Shown: positions 1-13,267 of the stretch, in pieces
Layout: each line of letters starts with the position of its first letter
How positions within the stretch are numbered: position 1 is the stretch's first letter
Source of the DNA: Phoronis australis
Taxonomy: Eukaryota; Animalia; Phoronida
Length of the DNA stretch: 64,000 nt
Reading direction: 5' to 3'
Assembly (NCBI GenBank): GCA_002633005.1
Contig: NMRA01000748.1
Location: 97,785 to 161,784, forward strand
Position numbers and translations under genes: made by a program
The notes under the pieces: model-generated
What the model was told of the DNA's origin: nothing
Seen by the model: the letters and a program-made list of their open reading frames with translations, nothing else
Database searches by the model: none

Positions 1-1442
1 AAATTTACCAACATACGAGATTAGCACAGCATTAGAATGCCAGAAACAAATTTCTACTTGGAACTTTTCCTTCATAGTCACGAAGTAACACAAAGTATAC
101 ACCTGAAGACCTATGAAAATACAGAGGTCAATGTAAAATACTTAAATTGCCACTAGAGGCATACCGGTAGTCAGAATCATCCTAAAGTCGTCATCGTCCG
201 TTGTCAACAACACATAAATACACTTGCTAAATTTAGTAAAGATCCTGCAAACGGTTTGGGAGATACAGCCATGGGCGCAAAAAAAACTGCCACTAGGAGG
301 CGCCACAGTAATCAACGTCATGGGAAATTCAGCGTCAACCGTCCTCTTCATAGTAAGAACATACATGCAATTTTCACAATCATACTTAGAGCGATTTGGT
401 TGATAGAGGGGTGGACGCCAAAAAACCGACTCAAAAACAATAAAAATGGCCACTGGGTGTCGCAAACTAGGTCGAATCGATCCGAAAACGGGAGGAAAGC
501 GTCATCGCACTAATAGGTGCCTACATACCAAATTTCATGAAAATCCATTAAGGACTTGTGAAGATACAGAGGTAAACGTAAAAAATAAAATTGCCACTAG
601 GGGGCACACTGGTAGGCGGATCTGTCCAAAAGTCGTCATCGTCTGTTGTTAATATCATATCAATACACTTATTAAATTTCTTAAAGATCCTGCGAACGGT
701 TTAGGAGATACAGCCATAGGCGCAAACAAAACAAAACTGCCACTAGGAGGCGCCACAGTAAATGAAGACATCGGAATTTCACTGTCAGCCATCCTCTTCA
801 TAGTAAGAAATTACATGCTAATTTTCACAATAATCATTAGAGCGGTTTGGTTGATAGAGGGTGGACACCAAAAAGCAGACTAAAAAACAGTAAAAATGGC
901 CACTAGGTGGCTCAAAATACCTCGAATCCATCCGTGAGGATAGCGTCATCTCACTAACAGACATCTATATCGTCTGAAAATCATTGTCAGCTGTCTTCTT
1001 TATAGTAAACACATACATGCCTATTTGCACAATCATCCTTTGAGCGGTTGGTTGATAGAGGGGTGGACACACAAAAACAGACTCGAAAACACTAAAAATG
1101 GCCACTAGGTGGCGCAAACTATGTCGAATCCATCTGAAAACGGGAGGACAGCGTCATCTCACTAATAGGTGCCTACATACCAAATTTCATGAAAATCCGT
1201 TTAGGACTTTTGAAGATACAAAGGTAAGTGTAAAAAACTAAAATTGCCACTAGGGGGCACACCGGTAGTCGGATTCGTCCGAAAGTTCGCATATGCCGTC
1301 CCATTCATGAATGGAACATATGTGCTAAATTTCATGAACGTATGTCGAAGGGTTTTGGAGATAAAGCAGCGGACGCCGGACGCCGCCCGGACGGACGGAC
1401 GGACGGAGATGCGTCCACATATAAATATGTGGGCGCATAAAA
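1..1442 (-). mobile_element. HINE-A: Helentron-associated non-autonomous element (DINE-1/pearl-like), inner nested copy; its other end lies left of the window
   Basis: Tandem ~140-160 bp monomers in a three-type ~445-450 bp higher-order unit. These are followed by a (GGAC)n tract (~1389-1406), a terminal inverted repeat atgcgtccacatat-aa-atatgtgggcgcat (1409-1438) and an A-run. On the minus strand this is the HINE 5' layout: T-run, IR, (GTCC)n, core repeats. Confidence 0.8.
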
Positions 1443-3431
1443 ATGAAATTGGCACTATGGGGCACAGCGTTCACTGGATTGGCCTGAAAGACGCCGTCTG
1501 TTGTTAGCTTCATATCAATACAATTACTAAATTTAACAAAGATCATGCAGTGAGTTAAGGAGATGCAGCTATGGGCGCAAAACAAAACAAAACTATCACT
1601 AGGAGGCACCACAGTAGTCGAATACGTGATAGTCAACCGCCCTCTTCACACTGAGAAGATACATGCCAATTTTCAAAATCATCCTCAGAATGGTTTGGTC
1701 GATCGAGGGGTGGACGCCAAAAAACAGACTCGAAAACAAGAAAAATGGCCACTAGGTGGCAAAAAAGGACCTCGATTCCATCCGAAAACTGGAGGATAGC
1801 ATCATTTCACCAATAGATGCCTATATTCCAAATTTTCTGAAAATCTGTTGAGGACCTTTGAAGATACAGAGGTAAACCTAAAAAAACTAAAATTGCCACT
1901 AAGGGCACACTGGTAGTTAAATCCGTCCGAAACGTGTTGTCATCTGTTGTGAACACAATATAAATACACTTGCTAAATTTAGCAAAGATGCTGCAAAGGG
2001 TTTAGGAGATACAGGCATGGGCGCAAAAAAAACTGTCACTAGGAGGCACCACAGTCGTCAAAGTCATCAGAAAATCATAGTCAGCTTCGTAGTAAGAACG
2101 TATATGCCAATTTTCACAATCATCCTTAAAGCCATTTGGTTGATAGAGGGGTGGACTCCAAAAAAACAGACAAAAACAGCAAAGTGGCCGCTAGGTGGCA
2201 CAAACTATGTCAAATCCATCCGAAAACAGGATGATAGGGTCATCTCACTAATAAATGCTTATACGCCAAATTATATGACAATACGTTGAAGACCTTTGAA
2301 GATACAGAGGTAAACGTAAAAAACTGAAATTGCCACTAGAGGGCACACCGGTAGTCAGATGCGTCCGAAAGTCGTCGTCATCTATAGTCAACATCATATA
2401 AATACACTTGTTACATTTAGTAAAGTTTCTGCCAACGGTTCAGAACATACAGCCATGGGCGCAAAAAAAAACTGCCACTAGGAGGCGACACAGTAAAGTT
2501 GTCGGAAAATCATCGTCACCCGTCCACTTCATAGTAAAAACATATATGCCAAATTTCACAATTATTCTGAAAGCGGTTCGGTTGATAGAGGGGTGGACGC
2601 AAAGCCAGTAAATATGGCCACTAGGTAGCGCAAACTAGGTCGAATTCACCTGAAAACGAAGAGATAGCGTCACCTCACTAACAGAACCCTGTACACCAAA
2701 TTTTATGAAAATACATTGAGGACCTTTGAAGATACAGAGGTAAACGTAAAAAAATTAAATTGCCACTAAGTGGCACACCAGTAGTCAGATGTGTCCGAAA
2801 GTCGTAGTCGTTCGTTGTCATCGCCATATAAATGCACTTACTAAAATTAGTAAAGATCCTATAAACGGTTTAGGAGAGATAGCCATAGGCGCAAAAAAAA
2901 AATAAACTGCCACTAGGAGGCGCCACAGTAGTTGAAGTCCTCGGAAAATCATCGTCAACTGTCGTCTTCACAGTAAGAATATACATGCCAGTTTTCACAA
3001 TCATACTTAGAGCGGTTTGGTTTAGAGAGGTGGACGCTAAAAAGCAGACTCAAAAACAGTAATAATGGCCTCTAGGTGGCGCAAAGTACGTCAAATCCAT
3101 CTGAAAACGAAAAGTTACTGTTGCCTCACTAATAGATGCCAATAAACCAAATTTTGTGAAAATATATTGAGGAGCTTTGAAGATACATGAGGTAAACGTA
3201 AAAACCTAAAATTGCCACTAGGGGGCACACCGGTAATCGGATCTGTCCGAAAGTTCGCTCATGCCGTCCCATCAATGAAAGGAACACATTGTGCAAAATT
3301 TCATGAACATACGTCAATTGGTTTTGGAGATAGAGCAGCGGACGCCAGACGGACGCCGCCCGGACGGACGGACGGACGGACGGAGATGACGGCATAATGC
3401 GTGTACATATAAATATGTGGGTGCATAAAAA
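1443..3431 (-). mobile_element. HINE-A, outer copy (remainder after the nested insertion)
   Basis: Same monomers; (GGAC)n ~3362-3383; terminal IR 3397-3426 then an A-run. It begins with aaatgaaattg..ggggcacag.gttca, which matches the first monomer of the complete copy at ~44060. Confidence 0.8.
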
Positions 3432-3439
3432 TAATTTTC

Positions 3440-4400
3440 TTGTTTGTTATGACTATAAAAAATTCCCAGACTCTTGGTTGGTTTGCCAGTCCACTTGAAG
3501 CTATAAAGTGGTTCAGAACACTCTTTTTCCCAACCTAAATATAACCCTTCACATTTCTGAATACTTAGCTAGAGACCAGAGAGAAAACCAAAATGTTCCA
3601 TAAAATTTTAGGCAATTCATGCCTGAATTTTTATAATGAAGCAATAATATAGAGGCATCTACATACTGGAGAATTTTAACTTCTGAATCAGTTTTCTTAA
3701 CTCATACGCCTTTAATTAAACTACAATATTCCTTATATAATTAGCCATAAGTTCAACAGCTAGGCAAAATAATGGACCCGACAATGAATCACCCTGTCTT
3801 ACACCCCTTTCTAAACCAAAATAACCTATAGTAAAACCGTCATTAACAACACAAGCAGTTGGTTTATTGTAAATTCTTTCTACCCATCTTGTAAAACCAT
3901 GTCCAAAATTAAAAGCCTTCAAAGCTTTAAAAATAAAATCCCATTTTATTGTATCATTCGCCTTGTAAAAGTCCAAAAATAGAATGTGTCCTTGACCATT
4001 AGTAATGTTTGTATAAGAAATTATATGCTAAATGATATGTATAATGTATCCTAGGTTGTTTGACCTGAGTGAACCAATTTTCCCAAAATATTATTTACAC
4101 GGGCTGTGAGAACTTTCGCAAGTATTTTAAAATCAGTATTTAATAAAGATATTGGAGGCCAATTATCCAAGGACTGTAGCTCGGCATCATCTTTTGACTT
4201 GCAATGGGTAGTAGTGTTATTGCTCCTTGCCTCTTTGACGCCCCCACTGTTCAAAAGCTTCAAGTAAAGGGTTTTTAACTTCATGCCAGAAACATTTATA
4301 AAATTCATTTCCAGGAGACTTATTATTTTCACAAATTTTAAAAACTTCAAAAAATTCACCCTCTCTTAAAGGTTCATCCACTTCTTCAAAATCACTGGAT
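3440..4400 (-). mobile_element. Decayed L1/Tx1-clade LINE reverse transcriptase fragment
   Basis: Minus-strand translation across frameshifts: NNKSPG, LDNWPPISLLNTDFKILAKVLTARV, DFYKANDTIKWDFIFKAL, GVRQGDSLSGPLFCLAVE, EVKILQYVDAS (degenerate YADD), F..SGL...KCEG, KSLGIF. It is cut off by HINE-A at ~3432. Confidence 0.9.
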
Positions 4401-4466
4401 GGTACATCGCTGGTTTGTACATCGCTGGTTGGTACATCGCTGGTTGGTACATCGCTGGTTGGTACA
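4395..4466. repeat. 15-bp minisatellite (ggtacatcgctggtt) x ~4.5
   Basis: Units at 4401, 4416, 4431 and 4446, plus partial flanks. It produces the PTSDV / QPAMY repeats in the ORF track. Confidence 0.95.
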
Positions 4467-6049
4467 ACATCTGGAGTAGGGCATGGAATTTCCATCTGAC
4501 GATCTGTGAAAACAGAGGAGTAACAAGATTCTGACCTGATTTCAGTGAAGATTTATTGCTGCATAGTGAGTTGCAATGCAAAGCCAAGTTAGGACTGATA
4601 AATCGTTCTACACTCCTTGGGCTCGGCTCAGAAGTGTTTTAGCAGCCGTACATTTCAAAAACTAGGTCAAACATCTACCTATGCAAAAAAGAATGTTGAA
4701 TTCAGGAAATTGGGTTCCCAATAACAAAAAGTATACACTGTGTTCAATTGTCACAAAAAACAACATTGAACACACTCATGACAATAAACTATGGCACCCA
4801 AGGTACTATGGCAATTAAAATTCAAAAATATTGAATCAGTAAGCTTCATTCAATGTAAGGTGTTACACAGAAACCTGCCTTCACTTCAAAAAAACGTCCT
4901 TTAATCTTGGAGAACTAGCCCATATAATACTGACGACAACTTCTTCCAAATTCCTGATTAAAAGACGATTTCTGGGCTTTGGAAGAAATGACAAATCGTT
5001 ACTGACTTAGGCATTGCTTAGCACCCAATATGATCAATCAAGCTGCTGAACCTGGTAGCAAACTATTCTTCCGAAGCCCAAAAATCATTTAAAATTGGAA
5101 AACGGAACAAGTCGAGACCTTTTATTATGCTAGATGGCAAGTGGTCCAAATCAACAATCAATTTCTTGACAGAAGGCCGTGAGGTTAACACAACCTTCAT
5201 CCAGCTTCGATTTTGTTCTTAGGTAGTACAGACTATCCCAACAACATAGAAGAACTTGATTCACTTCCACAATTGACTTGGGTAAGTTTAACCCAGGTTT
5301 GGTGCAAACGAAGAACTACAAGGTCAGATGGCAGTCTGAAAGGTTAAGTTTACAACATAACCTTGATGTGAGCTCTGTCTGTCATGAGCCTTAATCATAA
5401 ATGGACCACTCCATGTGTTCTAAACCTGTCACAGCAAAGTGAATTTTAAACTACAATGGTGAAGTCAGGTGCAGATGGGTACAGCAAATCATACCCAGAC
5501 GACAGTCTTTTTCTTCCTGCCCATCACTCGGTAGACTTCTTGCATCACACACACGACTCACCTGAAGGCCCAAACCTACAAAATAAATTTCATTTTATAC
5601 CAGGAAAGCAACATGTTCCAAGTATAATGAAGGTCCATAACCTTAAAGTATGCATGTTGTAATGAGCCCAAAACAGTGGTCTTTCGAATGAAAGCTGGTT
5701 GTAGCAACGTTTTAGACATTTGGGCCTGAGATAATAACTTACAGTCAATGTCAAGTCCATTATAGTATGCGATTAACTGAGTAACTTATAGACTTGTTTA
5801 GTAACACAAGCAACACGGATCGCTGATATGTCCCACTTACCAGATACAGCTCTAGTTACAAGGTATGATTGTTACTTTAACATTCCCACTAAACGGAGCA
5901 ATGCTGGTAAACATAATAAAGATTTCTATACGGTATGCAAAGCAAGTCAGTAACCAATACACCTTCCACCACTCACCTTTTACCATGATTCCTCAAACAG
6001 TTTGGAAGTTAGCAAAGCAGGTAACAGAATACACAAAATGTCAGAGGGG

Positions 6050-7100
6050 TCCTAGCGTATGTTTAATCCATCTCAAACAGGGCAGGTGCAGTTGGCTTAT
6101 TATTTGCCAAATTTCATGAGCATCCACCAACGAATGTTAGACAACAAGATAAACCACAGAAAAACAAAACTGCCACCAGGTGATTCCGTAGTTAAAATTA
6201 CATCTGTCTAAAGATCATGCCAGTTGTACTCTCCCAAACAGACACACATGCCAATTTCATGGCGATCCATCGGGGAACTTTTATTGAGCTTCAGGCACAA
6301 AATAAAATGGCCACAGCAGTTGGCCCGTTTGAAAATCGTCGTCAACCAAGCATTTCCTAGTAGGAACACACATGCTAATCTCCAAAGATACATAAGAAAG
6401 CGTGAAAAATGAATTTGCCACTAGGGGAACAGGGGTAGTCGGATCCATCCGAAAGTTGTCGGCATCCAATGTCAGTCTCATAGAAACACACTAGTAAGAG
6501 TAACAAAAACCCTGGAAAAGATTTTGGAGACATAATCTGCGACACAAAACAACAAAACAACAAAACTGCCATTTAGGAATGTCATTGCAAAAGGAACCAC
6601 TAGAAAATCAGTGTTAGCAGTGCTCTTCCCAGTAGGAATGCATGTTACATCAATTTTCACAATGATCCTTAAGAGCAATTTGCTTGAAAGATAAGTGGAC
6701 GCCATAAACAGACTTGAAAATAAATAAAAAATGGCCACTAAATGGCATACAATATGCCGAAACTATTCGAAAATGAGGTGTCATCCATTGACCCTTTAAA
6801 AGAAATCTATCACCCATATTTTGAGAAAATCTGTCAAGATCTGCAAAGCACAAAAATTACCACAAAGGTGCACAGCGCCATTCAGATGTGCCCGGAAGTC
6901 ATCGCCATTCATTGTCACTTTTATGGAAATGTGACTTAACACACTTCGCGTAAGGGGTTCAGGAGATACAGCCACGGACCCAAAAAGAAACAAAACTGGC
7001 AATAGATTTGGGGCCACAGTAATCGGCGCCATCCAAAAATCACCATGAGCCATAACTTTCCAAGTAAGAGCACATAAAAATTTCATAATGGTGTTCTGAA
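6050..7100 (-). repeat. Old, diverged relative of the HINE-A core repeats
   Basis: Recognisable monomer pieces (ccaaatttcatg, aaaactgccaccagg, gccactaggggaac 6417, aattttcacaatgatcctt, aaaaatggccacta 6730, ggagatacagcc) at ~150 bp spacing. Confidence 0.7.
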
Positions 7101-10100
7101 TTCAACGTTTTTGTGATGGAAAGCAGGTATATCCGCTTAGTACTTAAAAGTATTTCACCAAGCATTGTCACAGACCCAAAAGGTGATATGACTGATCGTA
7201 TAGCTTTTGGTATATATGACACTAAATTCATTGCGCCTGAATAATTCTTTCTGGAAAATTAATATGAATAATATACATTATTACACGACCACTTATACTT
7301 TGACATCGTGGTGCTAAAACTTCCAAAGGGGTCATATAAGAACACAAACAACGGCCAATTCTCCGTACGTATCAGGCTATCGGGTCCTCGAGAGAGAAAT
7401 AGTAATTGTGAACATGGGCATGTTGCAATATTGCTCTCCCTCAGTCCATTACTCTCGGGATCGGTCCCTATTTTGTGTTAAGCTTTGCAACATTCAGAAA
7501 GACCTGATATACATATTTGACTACACTAAGCTGAAAAAGGACACAAACGCAACAAATGGCTCAGATTTTGTCAGAAAATGCTGAACTGTGAAAAGGTTCT
7601 GCGGTAAAGGTAAGATGCAAGTATGAGCCAAACCTAATCAAAATTGAAGAAACTAGAGCTTTGACAGCCTGCTGAATCTGGATGGACCTACTGATGTCAG
7701 ACAATGGAGCCCAAAGTACAATACAGCTCAACTAAGCACGGGTGTATAGCATACATTAATTTTACAAGTGCAACACCAACAGGTCCAGAACATAAAAGCA
7801 TGCACACCATGCAGACCCAACGGGGAGTTATGACAACAAAAATCCCACAACATTCAAAAGCAAATTCAACATAACTCTGAATGCTTGTAACTTTGCTGAA
7901 AAGCTACAACATTGAGGTAATGCCCAGGGCACTAAGATTGGCAAGCCTCATCGAATAACGTTTTGATGCGTTGGAACAATGCCGTGCAAATTTGTCACTA
8001 AAAAATCTTTGACTCAGTGCTCATTTCAATTATCGGGCGCTTTAAGTGTGCTCCCTTTGCACTGAGTATTTACTCTATTTAAAAAAGTGCCCATATGTGA
8101 CCAGTGCTTGTGACTTTGTCTTTGGAGGTAAATGAACTTAGGATACGACTCTTAAAAATTATGAGAAAAGACAAATTCTTTTATTGCCAGTAGAACGAGT
8201 CTTAGTATGTGTCAATTTTGACAACAGGGCCATGAACAAACTACCAGAAGGTACGTGTTACCCCTTTACAACGTCCAAGGTGATAACTGCAATTGTGACC
8301 CACTTTATGTATATGAAAGTGCGCCTCACGATTTTGAAAATCAATTTGATAAAAACAAACTACAGATTGGCACTAGTGCAAGCAGTGAGAGCTTAAGGAC
8401 TAAAGATTCAATATTGTCTTTTGTATAGTTCCCTCTACAGTAGAGGGTGAGAATTTTACAGGTTTGACAATTAAGCTCTGAGAATGTGGTGTACTAGAAC
8501 ACCGTGTAAAGCTTGTCATTCGTGTGAAACATGGCATGTAGAACGTGGCAAAAACGTGTAATTTTCGTTCCAATAATCCACTACGCATATCAAACGTGGC
8601 GCTTTTTCCACGCTAGCGTGTAATCTGTGTCATTGACATGGTAGTGACCACACACTTGGTCTGATGGTGGACAAACCATTGTTTTGTTTATAGTAGATCA
8701 CTATGTATCATGCGATACTTAAATCAAACTTATCGCAGAATAAAGGTATTTCTTCTTTTAGTCACTGTTTATTGTGAAATGTAAATAATCCAAAATGTGG
8801 TAATAATGTAGAACTTCAAAACCATAATGATGTTAAACAATTCTTACCACAGACTGTTGTAACTAAATTTTCTTACATCTAGAAAAAAGTTAATACAGAA
8901 ATATAACTTTATAAGTTCTAACATAAAAGTTCTAATGTATGTCGTGAACGATTACGTGTCATGAGCAGAGCAACACTAAAAAGTAGGGCTAAAGCCCCCT
9001 AGCCCCCTATGGTGCGCCGCCCATGCGTGTATGTGTATGTATTTAAGTTAGAGTCATGTCAGTTGCTTGAAGACAGTTTATAAATGAATTGAAATGGAGA
9101 ACATATGCACTTTGCAACATTTTTTGAACTAGCAAGAGCTTTTCAACAATTGTTATATCATCAAGCTCAGGTTTATTTTGCAGCCCAAACCTGTGAAAAT
9201 ATCAAAGTGCACAAATGTCTTATCCTTATCCTAGCCGACTCAAAATGTGAGTTGATGCTATAACAACAATACGCATCTTGAAGTGAAATTTTTTTAGAAT
9301 GACTAAAAATGGCAAAAGTTGCACTTCAAAATTGAAGGTATATAACCAAGACATAGATGTGCAATCAAAATATGGTGATCATGTATTTAAAATTCAAAAC
9401 TGACAAAATTGCGTGCATTATTCGTATCGTCTCAAGCTATCAAACTTGAAGAAATTGCTTGGCAGGTATTTTCAGGTGATTTGCTGTCTATTCTTTTTCA
9501 AAATACTTTCCAACTGAATTTTAACCTTTATGATATCTCGAACCTTATTCACAAAAACTGGCCATTTTTACAATATTTCTCATGTGTTTAGCAAAATACC
9601 TTATCTTCATTCTTGGTGAACTTCAAATACAAACTATATACTGTGTGGCGAGACAAAAAAGGTTTTATTACAAGAACCACCTTGGCACTGCACAACCGCG
9701 TCGATATTTGTTTACTACTTATCTAAGGTCACCACAATCAATCGAATCTCCCACCAGGTACAAATCAGCTTTGCATACGCTCAGTTTTTTCATTCATCAA
9801 AACGCCGTAGCATTGAGTCAATGAGGTGTACTTATGACAGAATGGTGCAGGGGAAAACTGTGGAGTACAATCATGGTACTGAACCAAAAAACAGTTCAAA
9901 ATAACCAATTAGGAATTAATATACAACTGAAGATGAGTGGCTGAAACAAGACGGTTGCACATTCCAACTTCATATATTACCTGGATAGTCAACCATTTCT
10001 ACTTTGACTCTCTTGTTTTTTGTAACAATCCTACTTAACTGTTTAAAAAAGGACCATTGCAGGAGAAGTTTATCAAGCCATTGTCAAGCAGAATATGTAC

Positions 10101-10118
10101 ATACCAAACTTCTGTTAA

Positions 10119-10598
10119 GGCCCTTTCATATTGATTTACCTCTGGTCTGAGCGGCACGTCGACGTAAACAGCGCATTTTACTGGACCGTTCATACTGGCT
10201 TCGGTAGTTAATGAACAGTGCAAGGTTGCGCTGCACGCTAAGATTTTTTTCAATGTGATAATTTGGGAACATTTACATTAATTTGCTAATTGACATTAAC
10301 TTTATTTTTAAATCAATTGGTTATTATTTGAGCAAAATATAAACAGCTATTAGTGACCGCACTTAACCCTATAATTGTTGACGATAACAGTGGCACCTGG
10401 CGATAACTTCAATTGGACCGAAGTTAACTGTTCATACTGCACCGAAGCATTGACGCTGCGCTGTTAAATCCACCTGTTAACTGCGATCATGTTAACTGGA
10501 GTTGTTAACTTCAATCCAGGACCAAAGTTAAGCGTTCGCACTGACCACTTGACTAACTCCCCAATCCAGTGACGCGTCAACGTTAGTATGAAAGGCCC
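10119..10598. mobile_element. Harbinger/PIF-type MITE (copy 1)
   Basis: Imperfect TIR ggccctttcatattga ... ttagtatgaaaggccc; left flank TAA; internal repeats of the TIR core (gttcatactg ~10188 and ~10430, gttcgcactg ~10534). Confidence 0.6.
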
Positions 10599-12787
10599 TT
10601 GACAGCTAAACCAACTCTAACTCAGTATTTGGACATTTGGAAACACAGTCAAATCTTTTGTTGCAAATTCTTTGATGTTCTTAATTGAACATGTTAGTCA
10701 TTCATATTGGGTGAATTACCTCCCAGCAGCCTTCTCAGATCTGCAAACCTATCTAAAGTGTATCTTCGTTGAAGAGTTCTGTCATAAATTCCCATCAGTA
10801 CACGTTTGCCATGTATTTTTATACGTTTGCCAATGTTCTTCATTCTAGCGAGAATATCTGGTGGATCTTCTGATAGCATATCATAATTTTACACATTTGC
10901 AACTCAAATTAACACATTTTATACGTGAACGTGACATTTTTTTACACATTTGACATGTAATGTATCCTATTTTTACACGTTTTAAATGCTAGCNAACGAC
11001 TTATATTCAAAAATGGCAAAAGTTGCACTTCAAAATTGAAGGTATATAAGCAAAACATAGATGAGCAATCAAAATATGATGATCATGTATTTAAAATTCA
11101 AAACCGCCAAAATTGCGTGCATTATTCGTATCGTCTCGAGCTATCAAACTTGAAGAAATTGCTTGGCAGGTATTGTCAGGTGATTTGCTGTCTATTCTTT
11201 TTCAAAATACTTTCCAACTAAATTTTCACCTTTATGATATCTCAAACCTTATTCACAAAAACTGGCCATTTTTACAATATTTCTCATGTGTTTAGCAAAA
11301 TACCTTATCTTCATTCTTGATGAACTTCAAATACAAAACATATACCGTGTAGCGAGACAAAAAAGGTTTTATTACAAGAACCACCTTGGCACTGCACAAC
11401 CGCGTGGATATTTGTTTACTACTTATCTGAGGTCAAAGGTTAAAGGGATTTCAATCAAATCGAATCTCCCGCCAGGTACAAATCAGCTTTGCATACGCTC
11501 AGTTCTTTCATTCATCAAAACGCCGTAGCATTGAGTCAATGAGGTGTACTTATGACAGAATGGTGCAGGGGAAAACAGAGACAAAACCTAGTTTATTCTA
11601 AGGGACATTGTGCGTCTACATGCAAACGATCGTTGGCATTGAGAACGAATGCTAAGAGTCGCCTCACGCTTCTGTGGTCAAGAGCACAGCAAGTTGTGAA
11701 AAGAGATACATCCTCAATCAAATTCCTTAGTTCAATTAAGAAAATGACATTTCAATGTTTTGATCTCGTGCTTACAACATGCTCTCATGCACCAATATCC
11801 ATTTCTTACTTGGTTTCGTATCAGTCTCCTAGCACGTGACCAGTACAGGCTATATGAATGACAATGAACTGTGACTTACATAAAAGGTCGCAAACAACAG
11901 TAACAGTTGATCTGGTAACGCTACGTTTTAATGATTATTAAGTTAATTACGTGCTGCAAATCAGCTGACATTGCAAGTGAATGTTAAAACAATTTTTCAC
12001 CGAATAATTAACCAAAGTCTTAGAGATTTTCGCTCTTCCCATTTTAATCATCTTTTTCTCTGCTTCAGCAAATCAACCTTATTTGAACTTAAGAACAAGA
12101 GTTCTCGAAAACGGCTTATTAGACTTCACTGAAACTTTCCTAACTTAATATTCAAGGGCCTAGTTTTTTGTAATGTAACAAAGACAAATACTATTTCTAT
12201 TTTTTACAAAACAATCTTACGTTTTGCGAGTTGACTTGTCATAGAAAACAAACGAAAAGACAAATCGAAAATTCCTAACAGCATTTTTGAGGTAACTGGT
12301 GAAGTTTTCATTTAAAAAAGTTTCATTAAAATTGACCGAAGGGTTATTTTGAAATGAATGTACCTTTCTTAAAAATAAAATTTTGACTTAAACGAATACA
12401 AAAAGTATTTTTATATTCCCTGACCTTTTTTCCTTCAGAATATAGATACTTTTACAAGTCGACAAAGCTTAGCTTTTATACACAAGTTAGAATGGAAATC
12501 ACTAAGTAAGATTTGAGATAACCTTAAGCTGTGGAGTACAATCATGGTACTGAACCAAAAAACAGTTAAAAATAACCAATTAGGAATTAATATACAACTG
12601 AAGATGAGTGGCTGAAACAAGACGGTTGCACATTCCAACTTCATATATTACCTGGATAGTCAAATTTCTACTTTGACTCTCTTGATTTTTGTAACAATCC
12701 TACTTAACTGTTTAAAAAAGGACCATTGCAGGAGAAGTTTATCAAGCCATTGTCAAGCAGAATATGTACATACCAAACTTCTGTTAA

Positions 12788-13267
12788 GGCCCTTTCATAT
12801 TGATTTACCTCCGGTCTGAGCGGCACGTCGACGTAAACAGAGCATTTTACTGGACCGTTCATACTGGCTTCGGTAGTTAATGAACAGTGCAAGGTTGCGC
12901 TGCACGCTAAGATTTTTTTCAATGTGACAATTTGGGAACATTTACATTAATTTGCTAATTGACATTAAATTTATTTTTAAATCAATTGGTTATTATTTGA
13001 GCAAAATATAAACAGCTATTAGTGACCCCACTTAACCCTATAATTGTTGACGATAACAGTGGCACCTGGCGATAACTTCGACTGGACCGAAGTTAACTGT
13101 TCATACTGCACCGAAGCATTGACGCTGCGCTGTTAAATCCACCTGTTAACTGCGATCATGTTAACTGGAGTTGTTAACTTCAATCCAGGACCAGAGTTAA
13201 GCGTTCGCACTGACCACATGACTAACTCCCCAATCCAGCGACGCATCAACGTTAGTATGAAAGGCCC
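12788..13267. mobile_element. Harbinger/PIF-type MITE (copy 2, within the duplicated segment)
   Basis: Same TIRs and interior as 10119-10598. Confidence 0.6.

Noticed and set aside
142-3397. Short ORFs in the HINE arrays (also 43826-47556 and 28453-32573)
   Set aside because: They are translations of non-coding tandem repeats and (GGAC)n or (CAT)n tracts, with no frame conserved between units.
1-3431. CRISPR-like array (regularly recurring ccactag..ggc motif)
   Set aside because: The intervening sequences are themselves repeated monomers, not unique spacers; no cas genes; eukaryotic context.
8191-8250. 60-nt plus-strand exon candidate (VERVLVCVNFDNRAMNKLPE)
   Set aside because: Good splice sites, but isolated, with no partner exons or homology.
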